From contig BDGG01000002.1 of assembly GCA_001949185.1 (NCBI GenBank), positions 1,257,851 to 1,321,850 of the forward strand: a DNA stretch of 64,000 bases, in the 5' to 3' direction. Below are positions 36,954 to 49,541 of this stretch, piece after piece; position 1 is the first letter of the stretch, and every line of letters begins with the position of its first letter. The notes under the pieces are model-generated. The model was not told the origin of the DNA and ran no database searches. It worked only from the letters and a program-made list of their open reading frames with translations. Position numbers and translations under genes: made by a program. Source of the stretch: Ramazzottius varieornatus (lineage: Eukaryota; Animalia; Tardigrada).

Positions 36954-37997
36954 CTGGATCTTTTAGCACTGACCTATGGATGACTGGGTTCTAACGTCTC
37001 AGCTCCCGGCGCTATGAGCCAACCGACGATGAACAGAACCGCGGAGCACAAGGGACAGTATCACGCGGTAGTCTGCAGTCCGGATTCGATCCCACAGTTG
37101 CACTACCATACTGGTGAACGCTCGTCGTACTCGCTGATATCGCGCAGTCGGGAAAAGGAAGCACATGTACAGACTGTAGAGCAAAACGCGTTCAGGTGAC
37201 AGCGTTCCCAGATTAATTGACGCATACGCTCGGAGCGTGAGAGAAGGTCCCACCCGCTTGAACGACCGAGACAAACTGGAATATCCCTTACCGGCGCAGT
37301 AAGCATTTGCTGAGTAAAGCTTGCGGCAAGCCACACCGGATGCACCCAACCGTTTCAGATCAACTTTATTGCGCAGATAGCCCTATCCTACTGTGGCCAT
37401 GGCACTTTGAGAGCAAGTAGATGACGGAGGTCCTCACGGCATTGGATTTTCCGCTCCTAAACGGTAAGAGCGGCTGTGGGGCGCTACTGTGGTTGCCGCA
37501 TGGCAGCGCCACCTTGACAGCACATCATTGTGTCAGATCGTGTCATTTAAAAATACCGACATCGACGGGGACGATGTCACATAGTTCACATCAACCTTTC
37601 CTCAGTTTCGAATTGATTAAGTAGACTCTTCTTAAAATTCGAACCCAACCAACCTAAAATTGCAATAACCTGAGTAACTCATGCATAGCGAGCCTTCAAT
37701 AATACCTTGCGGCAACGTAGAACTTGCATGAAATACTGTAAACTGAAAATTGAGGAAGCCGGTATGCGGACGAGTATAGTATGTGTACGAGGTGAACATG
37801 GCAGACTTATCAGTGTAAAACAGCATGGCGAAGTTGTCGGCGTTTAGGCCGCGCGGTGGCGACAGGTCCTATGGCCTCACCTATCGCGACCAATAAAACG
37901 CAACACGCACGCCCCTAGCAAATCGCTCATAAACATCCCTACAGGCTTTCAACTGGAGAAACCTCTCTTCCTATGAACCCTCTCCCCCCCCCCCCCC

Positions 37998-38047
37998 NNN
38001 NNNNNNNNNNNNNNNNNNNNNNNNNNNNNNNNNNNNNNNNNNNNNNN
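37998..38047. other. Assembly gap (50 N) after a poly-C run
   Basis: Run of N. Confidence 1.
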
Positions 38048-38210
38048 ACAAGGTTTCTTGTGTCTAAGGAACCGAGAAGCTAGCAGAACGGCCCAGTACT
38101 TCGTCAAATCCGACGCTGACATTTTCGCCATGCGATTTTACATTGACAAGTCCACCATGCGCACCTCGCACTTGTACATTCTTGCCTAAAGACAGTGCGC
38201 GGACGTTTAC

Positions 38211-39931
38211 TCATCGATTATGGTTGAGTAACAGGTTTTCCGTTTTTAGGTGTGAAGCCGGGTTGTCGCCCAAGAGCTCCTGGCGTAAATGGGTACATTC
38301 CTCGATCCGGTGCTCCAGCTGCAAATCCAGCTGAATTTCGAAAATCAGGATCTGGTGGCTGATGTAAGCAGCTACAACCTGCAATGACGTATTCGCACAC
38401 TGTACATCCCTTCATTCTGCAGTGAAGTAATTTTGCCGCACGTTACCGCTAGTACAGCTTCGTGATTAATGGTGAACATTTTCCCAGCGGTGAAACCGAT
38501 CTTGGTACTTGTCAACCGATTCAGGAATGTTTGTATTTGTAGCATAGTTGACACGTCCAGAGCACTTTGGTCGATCCGATGGACATGCGGCAACGCAGAG
38601 TGCGCCTGCAACAAGCTACGGTTCATTTGTGGACGTGTAAGTGCAAATGACAAGAGCGGCCAAATCTGTCCCACATAAGTACTGGGGTACTGATTGAGAT
38701 GTAGTTTGTTATTTACCGCTTTACTCAGTCTGCTTCCAGCTCGTAGAACAATGTAAATTTGGAAGAAGAACGTGGCAAACCAGAAGCCGGCCGTTGCTGC
38801 CGTCATGAAGGTCCAAGTCGCCGATACAGCATAGGCTACGTAAACATTGCATAATATCTGCAGTACACAGCAGGCCAATATCAGGAGAACCCAGGGAGAG
38901 AAGATCTCGTCGGCCATCTCCACCAAGGTACACAGTCCATTATGTCGAGACCGGAACCACTCGACGTTTCGCCCTGTATTATCATCCACGTGTTTTTTCG
39001 TCGATCTGACCGTGTTTCCCAGATCGTGAGTGAGGTGCTCAAAGTCGACCGTTAGGAGTTCGGCAATAAGGTAAAAGAAGTATGGTGGTACCACATCAAC
39101 GAACGACAGGAAGAATCCCCCGAGAAAATTCAGCGCCATCAAGGCTTGATTGTTGCCGTCGAAGCCTTCAGTAACTTTCGAGTGCAGTTGCTGGTAACCG
39201 TGACTGGTGAGGAATGCCGGTCCAACGGCCAGAGAAAATATATGAGCCGCCAAATGAATTCCCACGATAACGCAGATGACGTTCCGGCGAAAGGTGAAAC
39301 TCTTTCTGAAATTGGCACAGGAGTCCTCGTTACCTGCACAGCGGTAATGCAAATAACGCCATTGACAAAAGAACTCGAACAGTCCAGAAGACCCCAAGCT
39401 GTTCTTCAGGAAGATCAGTTGGGTGGTGATAACCATAAAGATGGAAACTGCGAAGGCGCAGTGTGCCCCGATCGGGCCCAGATCTTTTTGGGTGAAGTTT
39501 AGTTGACGTAGGCCGTACACCACGGAATAGAGGAACTTTCCGGCATATACCGCGTTGATGAGAAGCACCAACAAGCTCCAGGCTTTAGAGACACGTTCGA
39601 CATTTACCCATCGGGCGACCAGGGTTTCGTCAAGGATTCGCCCTTTGACGAAAACCTGTTGACCGTTTTGACCTTTCTGGGTCAGGATGATCGCTTGTGT
39701 TCTCAGGAAGAACATTCCGCCCAAACGCATCAGCCAGAGGAATGGGCGACACAAGAGATAACCCTGGTTATGATACAGATCGATGTCAGTTTCCATTTCG
39801 ACCGTTGGACCATTGCTGGGTTTCGGGATGACAGAAGACGAGACACTTTCGGGAGTCAGTGTGGTTTTCGCACTATCAGCATGGTGAACTGCAGTCAGAT
39901 CCTCCCGGCCTGACTCGATAGTGTAGACCAT
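38211..39931 (-). CDS. Gustatory receptor family (7tm_7) chemoreceptor/ion channel, 3 exons
   Basis: Exons 39931-38717, 38605-38447 and 38378-38211, with phase-0 C-terminal introns typical of GRs. Motifs PFLWLMRLGGMF, RSRHNGLCTLV..ADEIFSPWVL, IQTFLNRL...IGFTAGKMFTIN, TM7 VVAAYISHQILIFEI. Confidence 0.88.
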
Positions 39932-40196
39932 TTCACACAATTTACTGTCGGAAAATGGAGATTTAAATTCATGCAGCTTTTAAGCGTGCTGCAACACGTC
40001 ATAATCAGGAATATCCTGCGGACAGTTTTGTGCTACGACTACCCAGTTATACAGAGCAGCAGCTCACTCTCAGGTGGAAGCGAGACAGCTAACTTCAGCT
40101 GGCGTATTGCTGCTTACGGGCGGACGGGGAATTAACCGCTGTAAGCTCAGAGGTCCAGCAGTAGAGAACCGTAGAGTATATGCAAATACAGAGTAC

Positions 40197-40261
40197 GAAA
40201 GGCGAAATGAGCTGAACGAGCTAAACGAGCTAAATAGCTCGTTCAGCTCATTTCGCCTTTC
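40197..40261. repeat. Perfect 27-bp inverted repeat (hairpin) within GAGCTA-rich repeat DNA
   Basis: GAAAGGCGAAATGAGCTGAACGAGCTA - 11 nt - TAGCTCGTTCAGCTCATTTCGCCTTTC. Confidence 0.9.
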
Positions 40262-40674
40262 TTCTACGAGCTGTTTTACAAAAAGCTCATCCAGGTTCGT
40301 GCGCTGCACAGCCCTGTTTTGCGTTTTCGTAGAAAAAAGGCAGATCTAGCTCACGAGCTAAAACCAGCTAAATAGCTCCGCAGCTCTGACGTCGACAGGC
40401 CCTTGAGAACATCACTCAGAACTGAACGAAAGCACCGCCTTTACTGTTAGAAGTGACTATGCTACCCCACGCAGAAGCGTCGTTACTCCCTAGCATCAGT
40501 CTGGCTCTGAATCAACCAAAACTGCGAACCTTTGTTGGCGACCGTACATTCACTAAACTAACTTCTAGAAAAAACAGGAGTGGCCAGTGGAACAAATAGC
40601 TGAAGAGATCAACCGCGCGAACGACAAAAAGAAGCAGGAAAACGGTTACGGACCTACGAGAATAGAGATCAAAG

Positions 40675-41270
40675 CATGTTGAGCCTCCACCCAGCACGTT
40701 GGCCCGTGACCCGAAGCCTCCGGAACTCGCTTCCTCCGAAGCCGCTTTGCAGGTTGACCGCACTTAAAATGTTGATGCCTGTCCACTTCCCAAGGCGTTA
40801 CTCTAAGCGCAGGCCATCGAGCCGAAAGGATTAAACTGGGTGAGGAGGTTGCCGCTGGTGAAAATATTGCCCATCCGGGCCGAGCCTCCACCCAGCGCCA
40901 GCGCGAATGACCTAAAACCGAGGAAGGCGATCTGGCAAGTACTGCCACATAGACGGCGCTGCACAGGAAACCTGAAAGAACATCCTTGAGGAGAACACTG
41001 GTCACACGACTGACTCAAAACTTCGGACGGAGGAAGCGTCAAGCGGGTTTTGGTGGCTTCGGGTCGCTGGCCAACGCGCTGGGTGGAAGCTCGGGGCAGA
41101 TGAGCAGCATTTTCAGCAACACCAAAATTCAAGGCCAGTCTAAACTATTCAGCGTGATGGGCTTGGCATCGGGAAGTGCCTTTGAAAGTGGACAAGGATT
41201 AACGTCTGCGATGCGGCCAACTCTCAGAGCAGCTTCAGACGACGCAAGCGACAATTGTTCGGCGTTCCTG
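40675..41270. pseudogene. Two head-to-head fragments of an unknown Gly/Ser/Ala-rich protein family
   Basis: Minus 40970-40675 (with stops) and plus 41000-41270 (open) align over about 65 codons with many synonymous third-position changes; shared motif GFGSLANALGG. Confidence 0.6.
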
Positions 41271-41874
41271 ACTATTCCATCGTTTGTCGTCCCGAATACT
41301 GTAGTACGTCGCTCAGTACGCCGTCTTTGTCCTCCTAAGTTGGAGTTGTGTGCCTGGATGATGTATTGGGTTGTTCGTCCTGACGACGACTGTTGCGGAG
41401 CACCCGATTCAATAAAGTTAGATCTCTCGTCAGCACTCAGCAACATGATCCGAAGATCCTCCGGTGGACCTCGCACACCCGAGTTTCAACTTTTCCATTG
41501 CCTTCTTCGTTGAGATTTATACCCTGTTCGACGGCCTCGTTTTACAAACGGCTATTTGTACGGGACGAGAGTTTATCTTGTTCCCGTGGAAAAAGAAAAT
41601 AGGCTAATGCCATTTTGCCCACCCTAGTGAAAAAAGCTTATAACTGTTTTGCCCCCCCCTTCCCCATTGTTAATTATTCGTTTCTCAAGAATCGATAGAG
41701 TTCGCAGACCGGTGTTCAAAACCTCGGAAATTAATTATTCGGTTTCTGATCTTTTCCTGGTCCTTCAGGAAAATATTGCGTTACCGCAGCCAGAGGGGGC
41801 TACTATTAAACCTACAGCCGCCTTCGGGAGTCTCCTACGGGTTGTAACCCAAAGGGGCGCAGTAGTAGACACTA

Positions 41875-43179
41875 CAGTGATAATCCTCACTTCTTTACTA
41901 CGTCACTGACACGGCAGAACAACAGGGAGTGTGCAGTCAACTTTGAATTTAGCTTTGGGGATTCAAGCAAGCGTTGAAAAAACCCAAGATGCCGCTTTAC
42001 AGCACAGGCAGATTGTCAGGTGGTGTTAGGATGACTTGTACACTTGCGACTTGCTGATCGCAAACTACCAACTCACAAGTAAGTCCTAGTTCCACTGTGG
42101 AGCTGCAGTACCTCGCCGTTTCCAAACAACGGCGTGCCAGAATGCGGACTGACTCAACAGCCGCCGTAGATAGGAGATGAGCACCTATCAAACTTTTGCA
42201 TCGAAGGTCGGGCATTCAAGACATGAGCTGACTTTTTACGAACCATAAATTGCAGAAATACTCTGATTCGCATCGCGGAAGACATGGATGATGGTTCTCA
42301 GATTTCAGAGCTCTAACAAATTGGAGAAATGCTTTCTGGTGTAATGGCTTGCTCTTGAGTCGTGAGAGTCCGACGGAGAGGTTTGTTCAATTGACTTTAT
42401 TCATTTATTCATTTAGTTGCATAGTCGGTGACGTAACGAATATTCGCTCCGCCTCGATATTCCCATAACACAATCAATCAATTTCATTAGCCTGTGTCCT
42501 ACTCTCCGGCAAGGCGAGGTACAGCAGCTCATCAATGCTTACTGTAAAGTGCCAATGATGCGGGACCGGTTTGGATTAGAGCCCTGCAGCAGTAGCTGAA
42601 ACCTGTGCTGCTTCTGCACTGCATCTGCAATTTTCTGCTATTTTCTAAACTGCAGCTGCACTGCACTGCATTTAGAAATTCAGAGTTTCTGCCTGCCAAC
42701 GGAAATAAATGTCGAACGCATCGTAAACGTCGTTTTTTTACGGAGATTTAACCGAAAAACGGTAGAATCCGGCCTGAAAGTGCGGAGAAAGCTGATTTTT
42801 CTACTGTTTTGGGGTAAAAAAGCATACTGCGACGAACGGTGGCCATTTTTTCAAAACTACAACTGCACTGCATTGCAGTAGGATGGAGTGCAGTACAGAA
42901 CGTACTGCATGTTGCAGGGCCCTAGTTTGGATCCGGATGCGTGTAAAAAGACCGCGCGGATGGTGGGTGAAATATCTGGCCAACGTGTGTATCGATCAGC
43001 TAATCGCTACGACATGACATATAACAGCCAACACGGCGCGTACCGGGGGATTCTTTACGCGGACCCGGACCAATCTTGTCCCACTTCGTTGGCACTTTAA
43101 AGTAGTTCATTTCGGCCCTTAGAAGCTTGCTTGTGGTGACGTAGTAAAGAAGTGAGGATGTTATGGTTGCGACTCACTG
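41875..43179. mobile_element. ~1.3 kb decayed Tc1/mariner-type TIR element
   Basis: TA|CAGTGA ... TCACTG|TA ends plus a perfect 24-bp subterminal inverted repeat ATCCTCACTTCTTTACTACGTCAC (41883-41906 / 43136-43159). Confidence 0.7.
42577..42924. mobile_element. hAT-like MITE nested in the Tc1-like element
   Basis: TIR TAGAGCCCTGCAGCA / TGTTGCAGGGCCCTA; perfect 8-bp TSD gtttggat; internal CTGCA repeats. Confidence 0.9.
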
Positions 43180-43633
43180 TACAAACAGGCTGTCCGTCTA
43201 CGAAAGCGAGCACGAATGGTTGAATAAAGTAACAGATCAACCACGAATCGGGACGCTATAACTCCTCCTTGAGGCAGGCTTATTTCGATATAGACACTGA
43301 TCAGCTGTCCGTCAGCCTGCAGCACAAAATTCTTCCTTTCTAGTCTGTCTCTTTGTTGTGCAACTTTCCACAGAACGATTTATCTTCCTTCTTTGGAGGA
43401 AATATTCCAGTATAAAACACTTCGCCTTCAACGAGATCCTAAAGACTTTTGAACGTTGTAGTTCAAGAGACCAGAGCCAGCGCCTCACTGGTTCTGCAAG
43501 GGGTGATGGCAGTGTTGCCCACATCACTTTCGTTTGGCCTTCTGATGCTCAGTGAGCCCTCCAGGTCTCCCTCCAGCTTATGCAGCCGGGTGAACGGGGG
43601 AACGTCTGGGAGTCTTCGTCCACCATAGCCATC

Positions 43634-46600
43634 ATGTCCGACAACGGCGGCAGCAAGCAGAGCAACCCCAAGCTGCGCAAGTTTGGTCTGATGTTGATAG
43701 GTGCACAACTGGCCTTCATCGCGCTGTTCGCCGTCTTTGTCCAGTACGACTGGGACGCACTGCCCGTTTCCCTGCGATCGCTGAGCCACCAACCCTCTCG
43801 CACCTACCGAGCTACCCACAATGACACTGCCGAACTGACCGCTGTCGGTTTGGATCCCCGTCTGCAACAAGTCAAATATCCCCTCCGCGATTATTTCTCC
43901 AGTAAGTGTATGGTTGGCCAATCAAAGTATAAGTGTAATCAATTGTTGTGGACTGCATCTCGTCATGTTTGGCCGAAGGGGCCCGTTTTTCCAGAAACCC
44001 TGCTGCCGGGAATCGTTCGCTTGAACACCCTGGGTCGTACCAAAACGGGATCTGTTTGACTTCTTGTAGTCGTGACGATGGTTGATGCTGGCGTGGTGGG
44101 ATAGCATCAGTCGAACTGGTTTAGTTGTCGCGTGTTCGAATTCGCTTCAGTTGCTTTTTCACTTCATGTTTATGTTTTCGTGTTTCATCGCGTTGATGTC
44201 ACTTGTTTTGCGCTTTCGTTGCAGGCTTGAGCGAACTTCCAGGAAGAGAAGACACTCCGAAAGCTTTCAACCATTTTAGCAGCGCCTTGCTGCGTTCTTG
44301 TTTTGAGGCGTTAGTCCGTCTGTCTTAGCCAGCAAATTGATACCAAGATACTGCGCGAACTTGAGTATCTTGTAGGCGACAGTTATTGACATTGAATTGC
44401 TGATTAATACCAAGAGACGAGTAGGGAAAAGAAGAAACGGTCGATAGTTCAGTCTTTATTATTTTTTAACGACACAACATTGCTGCGAACCCCGGAACCC
44501 AGATGGATCTCTGCACTCGCGTCACCAGACAGGAATAGATCGAAGTTAAATTACTGCGCGGAAGTGCTCTTTTGATGGATCGCTGTCATTTTCCCGGCCA
44601 TACTTTTGCCTGTCTGCCCTTTTCGCTGACACGATCATAATCGATGATTTGAAGAGACCTTGCAGGAGAGACTGTTTCTTCAGCACAAACAAATTGTTCC
44701 GTGATAATCGAATCAGAAATTGAACTTGTCCGTTACATCTCTTGAAGAAAGTTACAAGAAGGCAGATAATCCGCTGTAATAGTGTTTCCTCGTCGACCCA
44801 AAACATGAGCAAGGTAGATACCACAGAAAGAAAGGTACCGACAAATTCTGGGAATCTTTTTCAGCTCCCATTTTCGGAACTTTCACAGTGGACGACACGC
44901 ACCTGCATATAGTGCTGCTGTGCCAAGACGCGAAATGCTGTATGCAGATGTGTGATGTTTCTTGGGTTCTTCGCTATTTTTATCGAATTGTTTATTCTTT
45001 CAACAAGGTAAAATCAATGCAATCTTGCCGTTCTGCAGATGATGTTTGAATAAAGAGCCATAAAGGCTTTCAGGAATAGTCTCGTGCCTGGTGGATATAC
45101 ACGAGACTTCACTTTAACTTTGGACCGCTTTAGTGCACCTGTGAATATTCTGTGTATTCTGTCCATCACGCCCGTCACAAAGAAGGTTTTTCAGGGTTCC
45201 CCGCACTATGAACACGCACTATGAATATCGATAGTCGATCTTAAGTGCAGTATTGTCCGGAAATGTGCCTAGAAAAAACAGTCTTCGGAAGAGTATAGAA
45301 TAACTATGAACAGCCGAGAACCCATATGTTCAGCGACCCGTTCTTTCAATCGTCCTTTCTTCAAACTGTTATACCTACAAAATTCTTCCGAGACCTCGAG
45401 GCAACATGTGATGCCATTGCATCAGCGTAAAATGCCGTAGATAATGGTTGACAGCACTCAGAACTAGTTAATCCTCAGCTTGAGGCAAACAAACCCCGAA
45501 TAATAATTTAAGTCTCAAGTACACAATTATTGACGGCACGGGTTTGACGAGTTGAGGAAGACCGGCAAGGCCGTGCCGGAAAGTTCCACAATTGTTTTCG
45601 TGATCTGAAGAGGTTTTTTGTTTTTGCAGTGTATGGCGACATTCAGATTATGATATTCCTGGCTTTCGGTCTTTTCATTGCCTGTTTTAAAAGGTAAGCA
45701 AATCTGGAAAAAGTGACAGAATATTTTAACCGGAAGGTTGTTGGAAGTTAACGCATGAGGGTTAGCGGCATTCATCACGATAGACCGACCGGTTCTTATC
45801 GCGGACTTCACGTCATTTATGATACGGGCAGGAAGTTTACGAGCTGTTTTCATGTCTTTGCAGATATGGATATTCAGCAACAGGCATGGCCTTTATGCTG
45901 TGTGCTTTCATCGTCCAATGGTCGACTCTGGTCCACGGCTTCTTTCATCTAACCCCCGACAACACTATCAACTTGAGTCTCATTACGTACGTCGCATACC
46001 CAACACGGAAACGTAAAACGAACAAGAGGGAAAACACAAACAAAAATCCAAAATAAAAATCACAGAAAAAACAATCGCACTTTTTACCGACACGGCCCTG
46101 AATGGATGATCACGTCCAACAAGGCCGTGCCGAGGGGTCAAATGGTGCGTTTTTCCCACTCGGAAGTTCAATAGTTACTGAAGTTTCTTTACGGATGATT
46201 GACCTTTGTAGCGAAGTCTCCCCCGATTAGTCAGCCCGAAAAACGCATTTCAGTCACGTCTTTTGTCTTGTCGACCTTAACGAAGCACGTGCTGAAGCGT
46301 GTTGTTAACGAACTAGAACGCTTTTCTGTAGGTTGATCTCCGCGGACTTTACTATCGCTGCCGTTCTCATTAGCACTTGTGTTCTCCTTGGTACTCTCAG
46401 CCCTCTGCAGTACATAGTCCTCGCTCTGATCGAAGTCGTTGTGTACGCCGGCAACGAGTGGCTGTGCCTGAGCGTCCTGCGCGTAGTCGATGTGGGTGGC
46501 GCCATCTACCTGCATACCTTTGCTGCCTACTTCGGCTTGGCGGTGGCCTTCGTACTGAACCGAAGAACCAAGGAATGTCTAAAGAGTCTGAAGGGCTTGA

Positions 46601-48406
46601 CGGCGTCTAGCTACTTCAATGAACTGCTGGCTTTCTTGGGAACGATCCTGCTATTCATCTACTGGCCCAGCTTCAACAGCGTCTTCGCACCGGCGGACTT
46701 GCAGCAGCGAGCGGTGATCAACACGGCCCTGGCGCTGCTGGCGTCAAGTCTGGCTACCTTCGCGATGTCGGCCATAGTGTTCAAAGAAAAGTTCAGCATG
46801 GTAAGAGATATTCTACAAAATAACAGAAAGAAAAACAATGCTTCGAACCAGAGCAAACTACTTTTGTGAGTGAATGAATGGCAGCTCGGCAAATAAACAA
46901 ACTCTACGTGACTGTCTTTCAGGTGGCGCATCCCTTCAGCCAAAAAGACTGACGATGTGCGCCACTTGAGAAAATGAATCTTGCCGGGCTCACCAAGTGG
47001 CGCACGTTCCCGGTCAAAGCTACTGACAACATGCTCCACTTGAGGAAACGTTCGTGTCGACTGAGAATGTGCGGCAGTCTGAGAAATAAACATACTCGTC
47101 AAGAGGGTTCCTCCAAGTAGCGCACGCTTCCAGCAATCAACACGAAAGAAGGGCGCCACTTGGGAAAGTGATCTTGTCGAGTTTGTTGCCGAGCTCTGAG
47201 TTCTCAAATGGCATGTTTTCGGTTCCTAATGCGTATTAATTACAATTGTGTTCTGCTCTGAACAGACCGTCATCCAGAATGGAGCTTTGGCAGGCGGTGT
47301 GGCGATCGGCTCCACGGCGGACCTGATGATCCAACCGTACGCCGCTTTGATGATTGGGTTCGCTGCTGGGACCCTGACGGTGATTGGATTCAAGTTCATC
47401 GCCGTAAGTTTATTGCTGACCTGAGACTCTGTATTTTTCGTTTAAACGTTATGGTGGGTATCGTTTCCGACCTTGAATATTTGCAGCCGGTGTTGGAAGA
47501 GCGATGGAAGCTCTTGGACATGTGTGGTGTGCAGTACCTCCACGGCTTGCCCGGTCTGTTTGCCGGTCTGGTCAGCGCACTGGTGTGTGGCATTGCCAAA
47601 GACGAAACATATGGCTCTAGGCAAGTCGACTGATCCAACATTCAAATGAAAGCGAGATATTTGCGTCATCCAGCCAGCATCCTGGCTTTTTTTCAAATGG
47701 CGCACGTTACCAGCCTGCGGCTTCGAAAATGTGCGCCACATGGGGAAACCAATCAAACTCGACAAGATAGTTGTTTCAGGTGGCGCACGCTGTTGGTCAT
47801 AACGTTATTAGCGTGCACCACCAGCGTGCACCACCAGCGTGCGAAAATAGTCGTGTCCAGTTTGCTTATCAAGCGCCAAAATATTTTGGCTGTGAGTTTT
47901 GATTCAGCGAGCTTTTTCTGTGTAGTTACTGGGAGGCTTTCCCAGCTGCAGTTCCCCCTGACAACTCCTCAGCGTATCAAAAACTGTTGGTGGAGTACCC
48001 TGCTCTGAAGCCCGGTTTCGGACGTACTCCGTGGATGCAAGCTGGCTTTCAGGTCCTTGCGCTGTTGGTCTCGGTTCTCATTGCCATGGTCTCCGGTCTG
48101 GTTACGGGTATTTCAACAGCAGTTGGATAAGCTTTCTCAGACGGAATGTGCAGTAGAATTTTCTTGTTAGGGTTGCTGCTGAAGCTGAGCGTCTTCGACC
48201 CAATCAAGCCGGCGGAAATGCTGTGCGATGATGAACTGTGGCTGATGCCGAAGGAGCTGTCTGAGGATCAGGAAGCTTCGGTAAGGGAGACACTGGAGCA
48301 GGTTCAGAAGATGCTGGACAGCCAACGGCAGAAGCTAGCCTTCAAGCCGACCATCGTGCGAAACGATCTGAACGGACTGCAGCCCTGTCTAAAGGTCCGA
48401 GCATAG
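43634..48406 (+). CDS. Rh-family (Rh50/RhAG-like) ammonium transporter, 8 exons
   Basis: Exons 43634-43901, 45630-45693, 45864-45986, 46332-46800, 47266-47403, 47487-47620, 47926-48107 and 48171-48406 give an open frame. Motifs ISADF, DVGGAIYLHTFAAYFG, YWPSFNS, RAVINT, QNGALAGGVAIG, CGVQYLHGLPG. Confidence 0.93.
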
Positions 48407-49541
48407 CCTTGGCTTTCGTGAAAACGAGGCTATGTCTCAATTCTGACTTGATGTAGAAAGTTGCCTTTCTGTTTTTATCTTTCCCTTCTGTTGTTTGACT
48501 TCCCTGTTGGCTTTTCGAAATGGTTATTGAGTCTTTGATTTTGACACTGCATTTTGATACATAGCTTTTCTTATCCACTTCTGTGATACAGTACTGAACA
48601 TCTTGTCCGCTTGCGCGAATATGAAAGAACAAATTCGATAAACTTTAGAGAACAGTGAAATATTGAGCACTGAGTAGGGAGAGAGAAGGATAGCTAGCCA
48701 AGCTTCAACGTGCTGATTCTACAGGTGGTTTACATTCAGTCGTAACAGTGAGGGGTGGCACACAGCGAGAAGGTGTGTTCGGGTCACAAACGGTTTCATG
48801 GCCACCTCGACTGCATCAAATGGTGTCCTTCATGCGAAAAGGATCGTCGATTAAAAACCGCGCCCATTCACGCAGCCGTAGAGCACCACCACATCGTCGT
48901 GTGCAGACACCACCAGCCCCGGTTAGAGGGGTTTAAAGCAGCGATTAAGACACTTGCGAAGTTAGGAAATAATCAAATATATGATGCCGGCATTTTAGCT
49001 GACGTAATTGCCTAGGCAAATTAGGTGGTCTGCCGGAACGTCAAGTATACTGCATGCTGCGTGGCTTAGTAGTTGATGGAGCGACGGGCTGCAAAACCTA
49101 CCATCGACTGTGACAGGATTTCTAGTCATTGTGGGTTCCAGCGCACGATTGGACGCAAGAAATTCATCAAAACTTACTGATACCACCTCCGATTTCAGCT
49201 GCTCCGATTCCATGGAGAACGTGAAGGGTAGTATTCGACGAGAAGGATTGTTCAGGTCACAAGCGGTTACATGGTCGACTCCGTAATCCTCAACATGTGC
49301 TGTTTATGGGCAGATTGTATCCGATCTGAACCACGGCATGGTGCCACAGTTACCACCATTTGACCAACCCGCGAACTTGCTTTATCATTCAAACAGTTTC
49401 ATCTCTGGCAGAGTGAGTTTTGCACGCAGTTACGATGTCAGTTTCGTTTAGCACCTACGCACATATGAGCCATCCGCAAAGCCGTGTACTATCCATCCTT
49501 CTTTCTTCTTCCCCTTTCCAAGGTTTACCTTGTATATTCAT

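Noticed and set aside
38372-39940. 522-aa single-exon ORF taken as the full protein
   Set aside because: It reads through a stop-free intron and misses the final TM7 exon; the spliced model is used instead.
48750-49213. His/Cys-rich plus ORF and hydrophobic minus-strand fragments
   Set aside because: No coherent motif in any frame.
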